This document shows positions 1-7,157 of a stretch of 62,979 nucleotides of DNA, piece after piece (the first letter of the stretch is position 1; the number at the start of each line of letters is the position of its first letter). This DNA comes from a virus. The notes beneath the pieces are model-generated. The model did no database searches. It was not told the origin of the DNA and worked only from the letters and a program-made list of their open reading frames with translations. The position numbers were made by a program, and so were the translations under genes. The stretch lies in the IMG/VR virus record IMGVR_UViG_3300023216_001509; one strand, given 5' to 3'.

Positions 1-42
1 GTGTTTGCAGGGGGTTTCCCAGGTGGCGGGCAAATCGGATCG
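1..42. repeat. Terminal overlap, copy 1 (identical to 62938-62979)
   Basis: gtgtttgcagggggtttcccaggtggcgggcaaatcggatcg occurs at both ends of the window. This implies a circular assembly or a short direct terminal redundancy, so the window is a complete replicon. Confidence 0.9.
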
Positions 43-65
43 GATCGGATCGGATCGGATCGGAT
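36..65 (+). repeat. (CGGAT)x6 pentanucleotide array with 5 GATC sites; inverted partner of 61687-61736
   Basis: Direct reading: cggat repeated six times without interruption. Confidence 0.95.
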
Positions 66-91
66 TTGTGGGGATTTCCCAGGTGGGTTTC

Positions 92-100
92 TGTTACAAT
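92..100 (+). promoter_or_regulatory. Extended -10 promoter element TGtTACAAT for the rightward operon starting at 138
   Basis: ctgttacaat at 91-100, about 38 nt upstream of the first rightward ATG. The same TGTTAnAnT form recurs at 47875-47883 and 49951-59. Confidence 0.45.
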
Positions 101-137
101 ACTTGTTTCAGCTGTTTCACCATCCAAGGAGATTGAA

Positions 138-365
138 ATGGAGTGGCTCAAAAACACCGTCAAGGATTGGTGGGCATCGGCATCGTCCAAGCGACTGGCT
201 GCCGGTATCGTCACCGCCGTGTTCGTAACCACTGCCACGAACTCGGGCTACCTTTCGGAAGACCAAGCTTACCGACTTTCCGGATTCGTAATCGCCCTCA
301 TTATTGGCGACTCCTACCGACCGCTAAATCCGAAGAAGGTTGAGGGTGGTTCCAATGGGACGTAG
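138..365 (+). CDS. Small membrane protein, holin-like two-TM topology (hypothetical)
   Basis: ATG at 138 is preceded by AAGGAG (126-131). Hydrophobic segments LAAGIVTAVFVTTA and LSGFVIALIIG. No family recognised. Confidence 0.45.
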   Translation: MEWLKNTVKDWWASASSKRLAAGIVTAVFVTTATNSGYLSEDQAYRLSGFVIALIIGDSYRPLNPKKVEGGSNGT

Positions 366-636
366 ACGACGAGGAAAATACAACCTCCCAGAACCCGAGG
401 GGCCGGTCACAGTGGTTCGGCGGGAAGAGAAAAAGGATGGGAAGTATGAATATAAGCTAGCGAAAATTGATGGAAAAACAGATCGCGCCTTGGCTACCGC
501 CGCCAAGCGAAGCGCCACCGCGAGCCTTCTGAAATGGCTCGTCATATTGATCGGCGTGGTGTTTGCGATGTTCAAAATGGGTGGCGGTGGGTTCAGCAAA
601 ATCATTGACGTTGTGAAAGGATTTGGGGGTGGCTAA
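355..636 (+). CDS. Small basic protein with C-terminal TM segment (hypothetical)
   Basis: ATG at 355 overlaps the upstream ORF end. RRRRGK N-terminus, TM segment LLKWLVILIGVVFAMF, Gly-rich tail. Confidence 0.4.
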   Translation: MGRRRRGKYNLPEPEGPVTVVRREEKKDGKYEYKLAKIDGKTDRALATAAKRSATASLLKWLVILIGVVFAMFKMGGGGFSKIIDVVKGFGGG

Positions 637-818
637 TGAGAATTCGTTTTATCAAACCGCAGCAGCGGGAACGGTTCATGGTGCGCGGCCCGTTTACGGA
701 AGACACCTTGAACCTCAGTCATATTTTGATTGATATGGGATATCGTCCTTGTGGCCTAGTCAAGTTCTGGCTGCACGTTTTATTTTGGAGGCGGAAGCCT
801 CGTGAGGGCAAGAAATAG
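636..818 (+). CDS. Hypothetical 60-aa protein
   Basis: ATG overlaps the previous stop (TAATG). No recognisable family. Confidence 0.25.
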   Translation: MRIRFIKPQQRERFMVRGPFTEDTLNLSHILIDMGYRPCGLVKFWLHVLFWRRKPREGKK

Positions 819-820
819 GA

Positions 821-850
821 TTGACACCGCCAATCCCATTTCTCTATTCT
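821..850 (+). promoter_or_regulatory. Possible sigma70-like promoter for the capsid operon
   Basis: TTGACA at 821-826, 18-nt spacer, TATTCT at 845-850, about 19 nt before the ATG at 869. Confidence 0.3.
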
Positions 851-868
851 TTATTGAATGGGGGAACT

Positions 869-2224
869 ATGAACCTGCAAAACATCACAGTGAATTTCAG
901 TTCAGCTGTGCGCCACGACACCATGGAGGGGCGTGACTATTTGGTCGCCCCGATGGTTATGTTGACTGAGGGCGTTCACAAGGGCAGCAACGGGTGGCTG
1001 TATTATCCGAAGGATGAATTGTCCAAGACCCCCGAGTCTTGGAACCACAAGCCCGTGGTCGTTTACCATCCAACGATGAATGGCATGGGCGTGTCCGCTT
1101 GTGACCCTGATATAATTACCAGCCGGAAGGTTGGTGTCATAATGAATACCCGCTACGACAAAGAAACCGGCAAGCTCCGGGCGGAGGCGTGGTTGGAAAA
1201 AGACAGAATTGAAATGGTGGACAAACGCATTTCCAAGTCATTGGAAAACAACGACCTCATGGAATTGTCCACGGGCCTGTTCACGGACAATGAATCGGTC
1301 GATGGCGAGTTCAACGGAAAACAATATGACACCATCGCCAGGAATTATCGACCCGACCATCTGGCTCTGTTACCAGACAAGAAGGGTGCCTGTTCGATTG
1401 AGGACGGTGCTGGCCTCCTCCAATTAAATTCGGCCCAGCAAACCACCTTGCAAGATGCACTTCATTTCGAGTTTGGTGGTTCAGTTGTAGCGAGAGACAT
1501 TGTTACGTCCCAGGTGGTCTACGAAAAGGATGATCAGTTGTGGCGTGTTGATTTTATTAATAACGATGGCGCCTTCGAGTTTGATAGGGAATCGCTTGCC
1601 CAGGTTGAGCAGCAGGTTCAGTATGAAACGACTAACGAAGCCCCAACCCAAGGAGAGGAAGACATGGCTAAGAAAGATATCGTCGCGGAATTGATTGCCA
1701 ACTCGAACACGCCGTTCGGTGATGAGGATCAAACAGGTCTGGCGGGTCTCGATGAATCGACGCTGGTTAAACTGCAACCAGTCGTCAACGATGACCCTGA
1801 AGACGAAGAGGAAGAAGAGAAGGCGGAGTGCGAAACAGGTGACGAGGAAACCTGTGAAGCAACTGCCGAGGTGGCGTGTGATGGTGATGTTGAAAATAAT
1901 CAGCAGCCCGTTTCCGCCGAGCAGTATGTCGCGAACGCTCCCCCTGAGATTCGTGATATGTTGTCGTCGGGTCTTGCCGCCCACGAACGTGATCGGCAGG
2001 AGTTAATCGAAGTCATTGTTGCCAACGAAAAGAATGTTTTCGGAAAGCAAGCACTGGCTGAAAAGTCCATGGTCGAGTTGCAGGGACTTGCTGCCTTAGC
2101 AGCGAAGGATGAGAGTGTCTCGCCTTCGTACGCTGGCGCCGCTGCCCCTGCTCCGGTTCGTAACACTACCGAGGAGCAACCCCTGTTGATCCCCGTCATG
2201 AACTGGGATGATTCGTCCAAGTAG
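869..2224 (+). CDS. Capsid scaffold / prohead-protease-like protein (DUF2213-like) with acidic C-terminal half
   Basis: N-terminus (DYLVAPMVMLTEGVHKGSNGWLYYPKDEL...HKPVVVYHP) resembles DUF2213 phage proteins. It lies immediately upstream of the decoration-like and major capsid genes. ATG at 869 is preferred over the upstream TTG. Confidence 0.6.
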   Translation: MNLQNITVNFSSAVRHDTMEGRDYLVAPMVMLTEGVHKGSNGWLYYPKDELSKTPESWNHKPVVVYHPTMNGMGVSACDPDIITSRKVGVIMNTRYDKETGKLRAEAWLEKDRIEMVDKRISKSLENNDLMELSTGLFTDNESVDGEFNGKQYDTIARNYRPDHLALLPDKKGACSIEDGAGLLQLNSAQQTTLQDALHFEFGGSVVARDIVTSQVVYEKDDQLWRVDFINNDGAFEFDRESLAQVEQQVQYETTNEAPTQGEEDMAKKDIVAELIANSNTPFGDEDQTGLAGLDESTLVKLQPVVNDDPEDEEEEEKAECETGDEETCEATAEVACDGDVENNQQPVSAEQYVANAPPEIRDMLSSGLAAHERDRQELIEVIVANEKNVFGKQALAEKSMVELQGLAALAAKDESVSPSYAGAAAPAPVRNTTEEQPLLIPVMNWDDSSK

Positions 2225-2267
2225 TTTGTTTCCAGAATTAACATTCTCAAAGTAAGGAGAGAAAGAA

Positions 2268-2705
2268 ATGGCAGGGAAAACAATTTTGCTGAAAGGCACC
2301 AACCATTTTGACGAGGGGACGCTTGAGGCTGCTGTCTCCCCCGGAATGGCTGTTGAGTTGACGCCCACTGGTGGCTTCGATGAAATTCAGGCTTCTCAAT
2401 CAGAAGCACTGAAGCAGGGCATTCCGATGGTTGCTATCGAAGATGCGCTTCAAGGCAATATCGTGACCACCGCTTATTCCAGTGGCGATGTGGTTTTCAC
2501 ATATCAGGCGGTCGCCGGCGACCACCTCCAGGTTCTTGTCAAAGATGGTGAGACGATTGCTGTTGCTGACAAGCTTGTTGTCGAAGGTGGCGGTTCTGGA
2601 TTGTGGTTAGGTATCACTGGTTCAGAAGGTGCTTACCAGGTCAAGGCACTCGAAGCCGTTTCCCCATCAGGCGCCAACGGGCTTTGCTCCGTTGCGGTGC
2701 TGTAA
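2268..2705 (+). CDS. DUF2190-like head decoration/cement-like protein
   Basis: 145 aa, Gly/Val-rich beta-type sequence between the scaffold and the major capsid gene, which is the usual DUF2213-DUF2190-capsid order. RBS AAGGAGAG. Confidence 0.5.
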   Translation: MAGKTILLKGTNHFDEGTLEAAVSPGMAVELTPTGGFDEIQASQSEALKQGIPMVAIEDALQGNIVTTAYSSGDVVFTYQAVAGDHLQVLVKDGETIAVADKLVVEGGGSGLWLGITGSEGAYQVKALEAVSPSGANGLCSVAVL

Positions 2706-2732
2706 CCTTGAACCCGAGAGGAGTCAAATACG

Positions 2733-3782
2733 ATGTCCGATTTCATTATGAATGGTCAGGCCAGCGGGGGCGTTGCTTCCACACTTATGGCCAACAACTT
2801 TGACCCCCATGCGTTGCGGCCCTACGTCGGAACGGATGGACGGTCATATATCACAGTGAACCAGGGCGGGCAACCGCAATCACTTGTGACGAATGCAAAT
2901 GCAACTCTCCGAAAGGACGATTGGATTTTGCTGGACGAGGCGGTAGTGAAGGCAGCGAAGCAGCGCTTGCGTGCTGTTGCTGATCTTCGATCGGCCGGAC
3001 TGCAATTCAATGTCCCCAACGGGATGAGCAAAACAGTTCTCCAATACGAGAACGAAAGTGACATCAGCGATGCCACAATCAGCATGGATGGTTTAAGGCA
3101 GAGTGACGGTGATCGACCAGAATACTCTCTGGTCAACTTGCCGCTGCCCATCATCCACAAAGATTTTCAGTTCAGCGCTCGCCAGGTTATGGCGTCGCGG
3201 AACGGTGGCAGTCCCTTGGACACCACGATGGCGGAACTCGCCGGTCGTAAGGTAGCCGAGGAAGCTGAAAACCTGTTGCTTGGTGTTTCCAGTTCGTACG
3301 CCTACGGTGGCGGCACGATTTACGGTTATACCAACTTCCCAAGTCGACTCACCAAGTCGATGACAATTCCTTCAACGACGAATCACGCAGTTACGATTGC
3401 GGAAATTCTTCAAATGAAGACGCAGTCCCAAGACGCCAAACATTATGGCCCTTGGTTCTGTTATTGCTCGACTTCTTGGGACGAGTTCATGGACGAGGAT
3501 TATCTGGCAGCGAAGGGGGACAACACCCTCCGCGATCGGATTGGTGCCATTGAAGGAATCGACCGTCCTCAGACGCTTGACTTCCTGCCAACGAAGACCC
3601 TTCTGCTTGTCCAAAAGACAGCGGACGTGGCTCGCATGGTGGTCGGCATGGACGTAACGACTGTCCAATGGGAAACGATGGGCGGCATGCAGCTGAACTT
3701 CAAGGTGATGGCCATCTTGGTTCCGCAGTTGCGCGCTGACTTCAACAGCAATACCGGCATCGTCCATGGGACGCATGCTTAA
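2733..3782 (+). CDS. Major capsid protein, HK97 fold, encapsulin/linocin-like family
   Basis: Motifs LRKDDWILLDEAVVKAAKQRL, SDISDATISMDG, LPLPIIHKDFQFSARQ and LDTTMAELAGRKVAEEAEN match the encapsulin-type capsid pattern. 349 aa. Confidence 0.85.
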   Translation: MSDFIMNGQASGGVASTLMANNFDPHALRPYVGTDGRSYITVNQGGQPQSLVTNANATLRKDDWILLDEAVVKAAKQRLRAVADLRSAGLQFNVPNGMSKTVLQYENESDISDATISMDGLRQSDGDRPEYSLVNLPLPIIHKDFQFSARQVMASRNGGSPLDTTMAELAGRKVAEEAENLLLGVSSSYAYGGGTIYGYTNFPSRLTKSMTIPSTTNHAVTIAEILQMKTQSQDAKHYGPWFCYCSTSWDEFMDEDYLAAKGDNTLRDRIGAIEGIDRPQTLDFLPTKTLLLVQKTADVARMVVGMDVTTVQWETMGGMQLNFKVMAILVPQLRADFNSNTGIVHGTHA

Positions 3783-3799
3783 CAACTAGCTGATCAACT

Positions 3800-3828
3800 T
3801 GGGAGGCAGGGGAACTCCCTGCCTCCCA
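3800..3828 (+). terminator. 12-bp perfect hairpin after the major capsid gene (attenuator/terminator-like)
   Basis: tgggaggcaggg-gaact-ccctgcctccca, 18 nt after the stop. The following tract is only weakly U-rich. Confidence 0.45.
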
Positions 3829-3856
3829 GGTGTTCGGCGTTTCGTGGAGACAGATC

Positions 3857-4267
3857 ATGGCACAATTCAAACTGAAGGCTGGAACCCATGCTGAGGGAAG
3901 AGAAATCTTTCGCCCAGGTGATGTAATTGAATCCGAGCTGAACTTGCTCGCTGTTTTCGGTAGCGAGAAATTCGAGCTGGTTGGCGGTGACTTTATCCCT
4001 GCCGAACCAGTCGAGGCCGAGGCCGAACCAGTCGAGGTCGAGGTCGAGGTGGAGGTGGAGGTAGAGGAAGATGAGGAGGGCGAAGAGGAAGATGAGGAGT
4101 CAGACAACCTAGCCGTCGCCTTTGGTGTTGCCGGTTTTGTCCCTGATGGATTATCGGTGGAGAAAAAGGCGGACGGCTTTTGGGTGTTTGACGATGGTGT
4201 CCCAGTCAATGAAAGCCCTCTCGAGGAAGATAAGGTTCAGCCGTTCGTGGAGGATTATTTTGGCTGA
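3857..4267 (+). CDS. Acidic repeat protein (hypothetical head-associated)
   Basis: ATG at 3857 with GGAGAC RBS. Central AEPVEAEAEPVEVEVEVEVEVEEDEEGEEEDEE tract. Confidence 0.5.
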   Translation: MAQFKLKAGTHAEGREIFRPGDVIESELNLLAVFGSEKFELVGGDFIPAEPVEAEAEPVEVEVEVEVEVEEDEEGEEEDEESDNLAVAFGVAGFVPDGLSVEKKADGFWVFDDGVPVNESPLEEDKVQPFVEDYFG

Positions 4268-4283
4268 TTAACAGGAGGAGACA

Positions 4284-4697
4284 ATGGCCAGAACAACCAT
4301 CGCGGATGTGAAGAAAATCATTGAGGTGGACACCTCAATCATTGCTGTTGATGCGGACATGGATTCGTTCATCAACACGTCCAATGAATTGGTCACTGAA
4401 ATGTGCGTGACCAATGGGCCGGCCACCGCTTACAGCGCCTCACGCTTGGAACTGATCGAGCGGTGGCTTGCTGCCCACTTCTATGCCATTCGCGACCCAC
4501 GGGTGAAGTCTGAAAAGGCTGGGTCAGTGGGTGTTAATTACCAAGAAAAAGTCGACCTGAATTTGTCTGTTACTACTTACGGGCAGCAGGCAATGATGCT
4601 GGACACGAACGGCGGTCTGCGTTCTCTCGACAAGGGCAAGCCATACCAGGTTCAAGTCTTGTGGCTGGGATCAACAACAACCTCGGCGCCAAGTTAA
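4284..4697 (+). CDS. Head-tail connector (adaptor) protein
   Basis: 137 aa. Position after the capsid genes. The LELIERWLAAHFYAI pattern is typical of gp6/DUF4054-like adaptors. Confidence 0.5.
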   Translation: MARTTIADVKKIIEVDTSIIAVDADMDSFINTSNELVTEMCVTNGPATAYSASRLELIERWLAAHFYAIRDPRVKSEKAGSVGVNYQEKVDLNLSVTTYGQQAMMLDTNGGLRSLDKGKPYQVQVLWLGSTTTSAPS

Positions 4698-4706
4698 AAG
4701 GCAGTC

Positions 4707-5045
4707 ATGAGCGTAATCACAAAGATGCGGAAACAGGATGCGGTCTACTGGGCGCCAGGTGCTTATGACGCCTATGGCCAGCCCACGATGGGAAGTGCGA
4801 CCGCTATCACGTGTCGGTGGGAAGAAATAGCTGAGCAATTCTTGGACTCGGAAAATCAGGTGCAAGTAAGCAACGCCCGGGTCTACGTGAGTCAGACGGT
4901 AGAGCTGGGCGGTATGTTGTGGCTGGGGGTGATTGGTTCAGCCCCTGCCAATCCCAGGGCGGACAACGACGCATGGGAAATCAGGAAGTACGAAAGCATC
5001 CCCAATTTCAAGGCAACTGAATTTCTCAAGAGTGCGCTGCTATGA
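4707..5045 (+). CDS. Head closure / head-tail joining protein
   Basis: 112 aa. The pattern (VYWAP...DAYGQP...ITCRWEE...NARVYV) is typical of phage head-tail joining proteins. Confidence 0.55.
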   Translation: MSVITKMRKQDAVYWAPGAYDAYGQPTMGSATAITCRWEEIAEQFLDSENQVQVSNARVYVSQTVELGGMLWLGVIGSAPANPRADNDAWEIRKYESIPNFKATEFLKSALL

Positions 5046-5392
5046 GAATGTCCGCAAAAGTTCTGAACGCAAAACAGGTTATGAAAGACCTTGAAGGCGC
5101 GACGGAGGATATGGAAAGGGCATTTGGCAAGGCGTTGAAACGGGCTGGGCTGCTGGTGCAGCGGGAGAGTATGAAAGTGACTCCCGTCGACACGGGTGCC
5201 TTGAAGCTTAGCGCATTTACGATGAGCGAAGGCAAGGGAACGGACACGGTGGTGACGGTTGGATACAGACAGGCTTATGCCATTTACGTCCACGAACTTC
5301 ACCCTAGCAAATCAAAGTTCCTAGAGAAGACCTACCGCCGCCTCCTGCCGAAGATTACAGAGGAATTGGTAAAGGCAATGAGGAACGCATGA
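5042..5392 (+). CDS. HK97 gp10-like neck / tail-completion protein
   Basis: KALKRAGLLVQRESMKVTPVDTGALK...YAIYVHE motif. ATGA overlap with the upstream gene. Confidence 0.6.
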   Translation: MRMSAKVLNAKQVMKDLEGATEDMERAFGKALKRAGLLVQRESMKVTPVDTGALKLSAFTMSEGKGTDTVVTVGYRQAYAIYVHELHPSKSKFLEKTYRRLLPKITEELVKAMRNA

Positions 5393-5838
5393 ACCTAACA
5401 GATTCACCAGCAGGAATTGTGAAGCAATATCTGATCGACGAGTCGGTTGGCGTTGATCCAGTGGCCTCACCGAACGATGATTGGCCAATCTTTATCGGCA
5501 CAATGCCGGATGATGATTCGGTCAAGGATAAGGCGCTGGCCGTGTACGACACTGCCGGCGTGAAGAATGGTAGGGCGTCACGGGATGGGGAGGTGTTTTA
5601 TCACTTCGGTGTCCAGGTTGTGATTCGAGCCGACACCTATCCCAACGGCTGGACGCAGATGAAATTGGTCATGGATAAACTTGACGTAGTGAAACTGACG
5701 AGCGTGACGTATAATTCAACAACGTACACCTTTTGGAACTCCACCCGGACTTCGTTTTTCGTGTTAGGAACGGAACCGGATAAACGACGACGTGAAACCT
5801 TTTCGGTGAACAGCCTAGTGGCCATCGCCGAAACTTAA
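5389..5838 (+). CDS. Tail terminator-like protein
   Basis: 149 aa, ATGA overlap, located between the gp10-like protein and the tail tube gene. Confidence 0.4.
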   Translation: MNLTDSPAGIVKQYLIDESVGVDPVASPNDDWPIFIGTMPDDDSVKDKALAVYDTAGVKNGRASRDGEVFYHFGVQVVIRADTYPNGWTQMKLVMDKLDVVKLTSVTYNSTTYTFWNSTRTSFFVLGTEPDKRRRETFSVNSLVAIAET

Positions 5839-5854
5839 CCATAGGAGAAAACTC

Positions 5855-6274
5855 ATGGCACGATTTGAAGATGGCACTGGAACAACTATTACACTCGCAA
5901 ATGGGACGACCCTCTGGGAAGTAAGTATCACCCCACCCTCCTTTGAAGGTGGCGGGGAAATTGATACCACAACCCTTCGCAACACGACAATGAGAACCAA
6001 GCAACCCAAGGTCTTGAAAGAACTTGGCGAGTGTTCGTTCTCGGCGGCTTACGACACTTCCCATCTGACCACCCTTTACGGCCAGGTCAATACGAACGCA
6101 GCGATATCGATCTCGTTCCCGGACGGCGCCTCCATTCTTTTCTGGGGGTTCATTGATTCGGTTTCGGTCGGTGAAGTTTCGGAAGGCGAGCAGCCGACTG
6201 TTGACGTCACCGTCATTTGCACAAATGCCGACAACAGCGACCCAGCAGTTGAGAAGGTGCCAGTGTTTGGCTAG
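5855..6274 (+). CDS. Major tail tube protein
   Basis: 139 aa beta-rich protein immediately upstream of the G/G-T chaperone pair. Followed by a strong terminator. Confidence 0.65.
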   Translation: MARFEDGTGTTITLANGTTLWEVSITPPSFEGGGEIDTTTLRNTTMRTKQPKVLKELGECSFSAAYDTSHLTTLYGQVNTNAAISISFPDGASILFWGFIDSVSVGEVSEGEQPTVDVTVICTNADNSDPAVEKVPVFG

Positions 6275-6286
6275 GTTCATGAATTT

Positions 6287-6336
6287 CCTCTGGGGGTGTT
6301 TTACCCTCAGAGGATTTTCCTGTTTGTGTTTTATTT
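6287..6336 (+). terminator. Rho-independent terminator after the tail tube gene
   Basis: cctctggggg / ccctcagagg stem followed by attttcctgtttgtgttttatttt. Confidence 0.7.
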
Positions 6337-6348
6337 TAGGAGATCAAG

Positions 6349-6747
6349 ATGGCAGATGATAAAGACGTTCAAGACGATGGTGTGATGCGGTTCAGTTTGG
6401 AGCTGGCTGAAATTGAAGTGGAGTTGGAAGACCCAACCTCGAAGGCGGTTGACAAATATATCTTGCGAGAGATGGACGGGTCAGCCAGGGATAAATATCT
6501 TGGTTTCATTGGAGCCAAGATGAATATATCCGGGGACGGGGATTCGACCCTGAAGGACTTCGATGGCCTCCAAGCAAACCTGCTGGCCCGTTGCTTGTTC
6601 AAGTTGGCAAGTGATGGGGAGCGGACTTGTGTTGAGTTCGACACCATCCAAGGGTTCCCCGCCCGTGTTCAAACTGCGTTGTTCAACAAGGCCAAACAGA
6701 TGTCCGGCATGGACGACGAAGCTGAGGATACAGCGGGAAACGATTAG
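6349..6747 (+). CDS. Tail assembly chaperone (gpG-like)
   Basis: 132 aa acidic protein directly upstream of the tape measure. Ends 4 codons after a slippery heptamer. Confidence 0.7.
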   Translation: MADDKDVQDDGVMRFSLELAEIEVELEDPTSKAVDKYILREMDGSARDKYLGFIGAKMNISGDGDSTLKDFDGLQANLLARCLFKLASDGERTCVEFDTIQGFPARVQTALFNKAKQMSGMDDEAEDTAGND

Positions 6748-7157
6748 ACCAGGGGGAGACCTTGCTATGGTTAAATCTTTGTGAGCGACTTGGGATGACC
6801 CTCCAAGAAGCACAGCGAAGGATTTCCAGTAGTGAGTTCACCCTCTGGAAAGTTTACATCAGTGAGGAAGCTGCCCGCTTCCATCGCGACGATCATAACT
6901 TCGCGATGATTGCGGCGGAAATTCGGAGGGTGTTATCCAAGAAACCCAACCGCGTGAAGCACGACGATTTCCTTTTGCAATTTACCACTCCCAGGGAACA
7001 GCGAAAGAAAAAGAAGCAACGCCAAGAACTCCAGCATCAGAAGGCGATGTGGGCGTTGGCGCTTGGAATAAAACCCCCAGCATTGGAAGAGGATAAGGAC
7101 GACGACGACGAGGAAAATACAAACCCAGATGGCCTCCTTCGAGGTGGTGACGAATAA
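6349..7157 (+). CDS. Tail assembly chaperone G-T fusion (via -1 frameshift at 6735-6741)
   Basis: The downstream frame encodes a gpT/DUF4035-like segment (RRISSSEFTLWKVYISEEA) and ends at the tape measure start. Confidence 0.65.
6735..6741 (+). promoter_or_regulatory. -1 programmed frameshift slippery heptamer G GGA AAC
   Basis: X XXY YYZ in the zero frame of 6349..6747. The -1 frame is open from 6735 through 7157. Confidence 0.75.

Noticed and set aside
3742-4209. 155-aa Ser-rich minus-strand ORF, and the similar 24093..24305 plus-strand Ser-rich ORF
   Set aside because: Both are antisense reading of GAG/GAC-rich acidic tracts (the acidic head protein and the SSB acidic tail).
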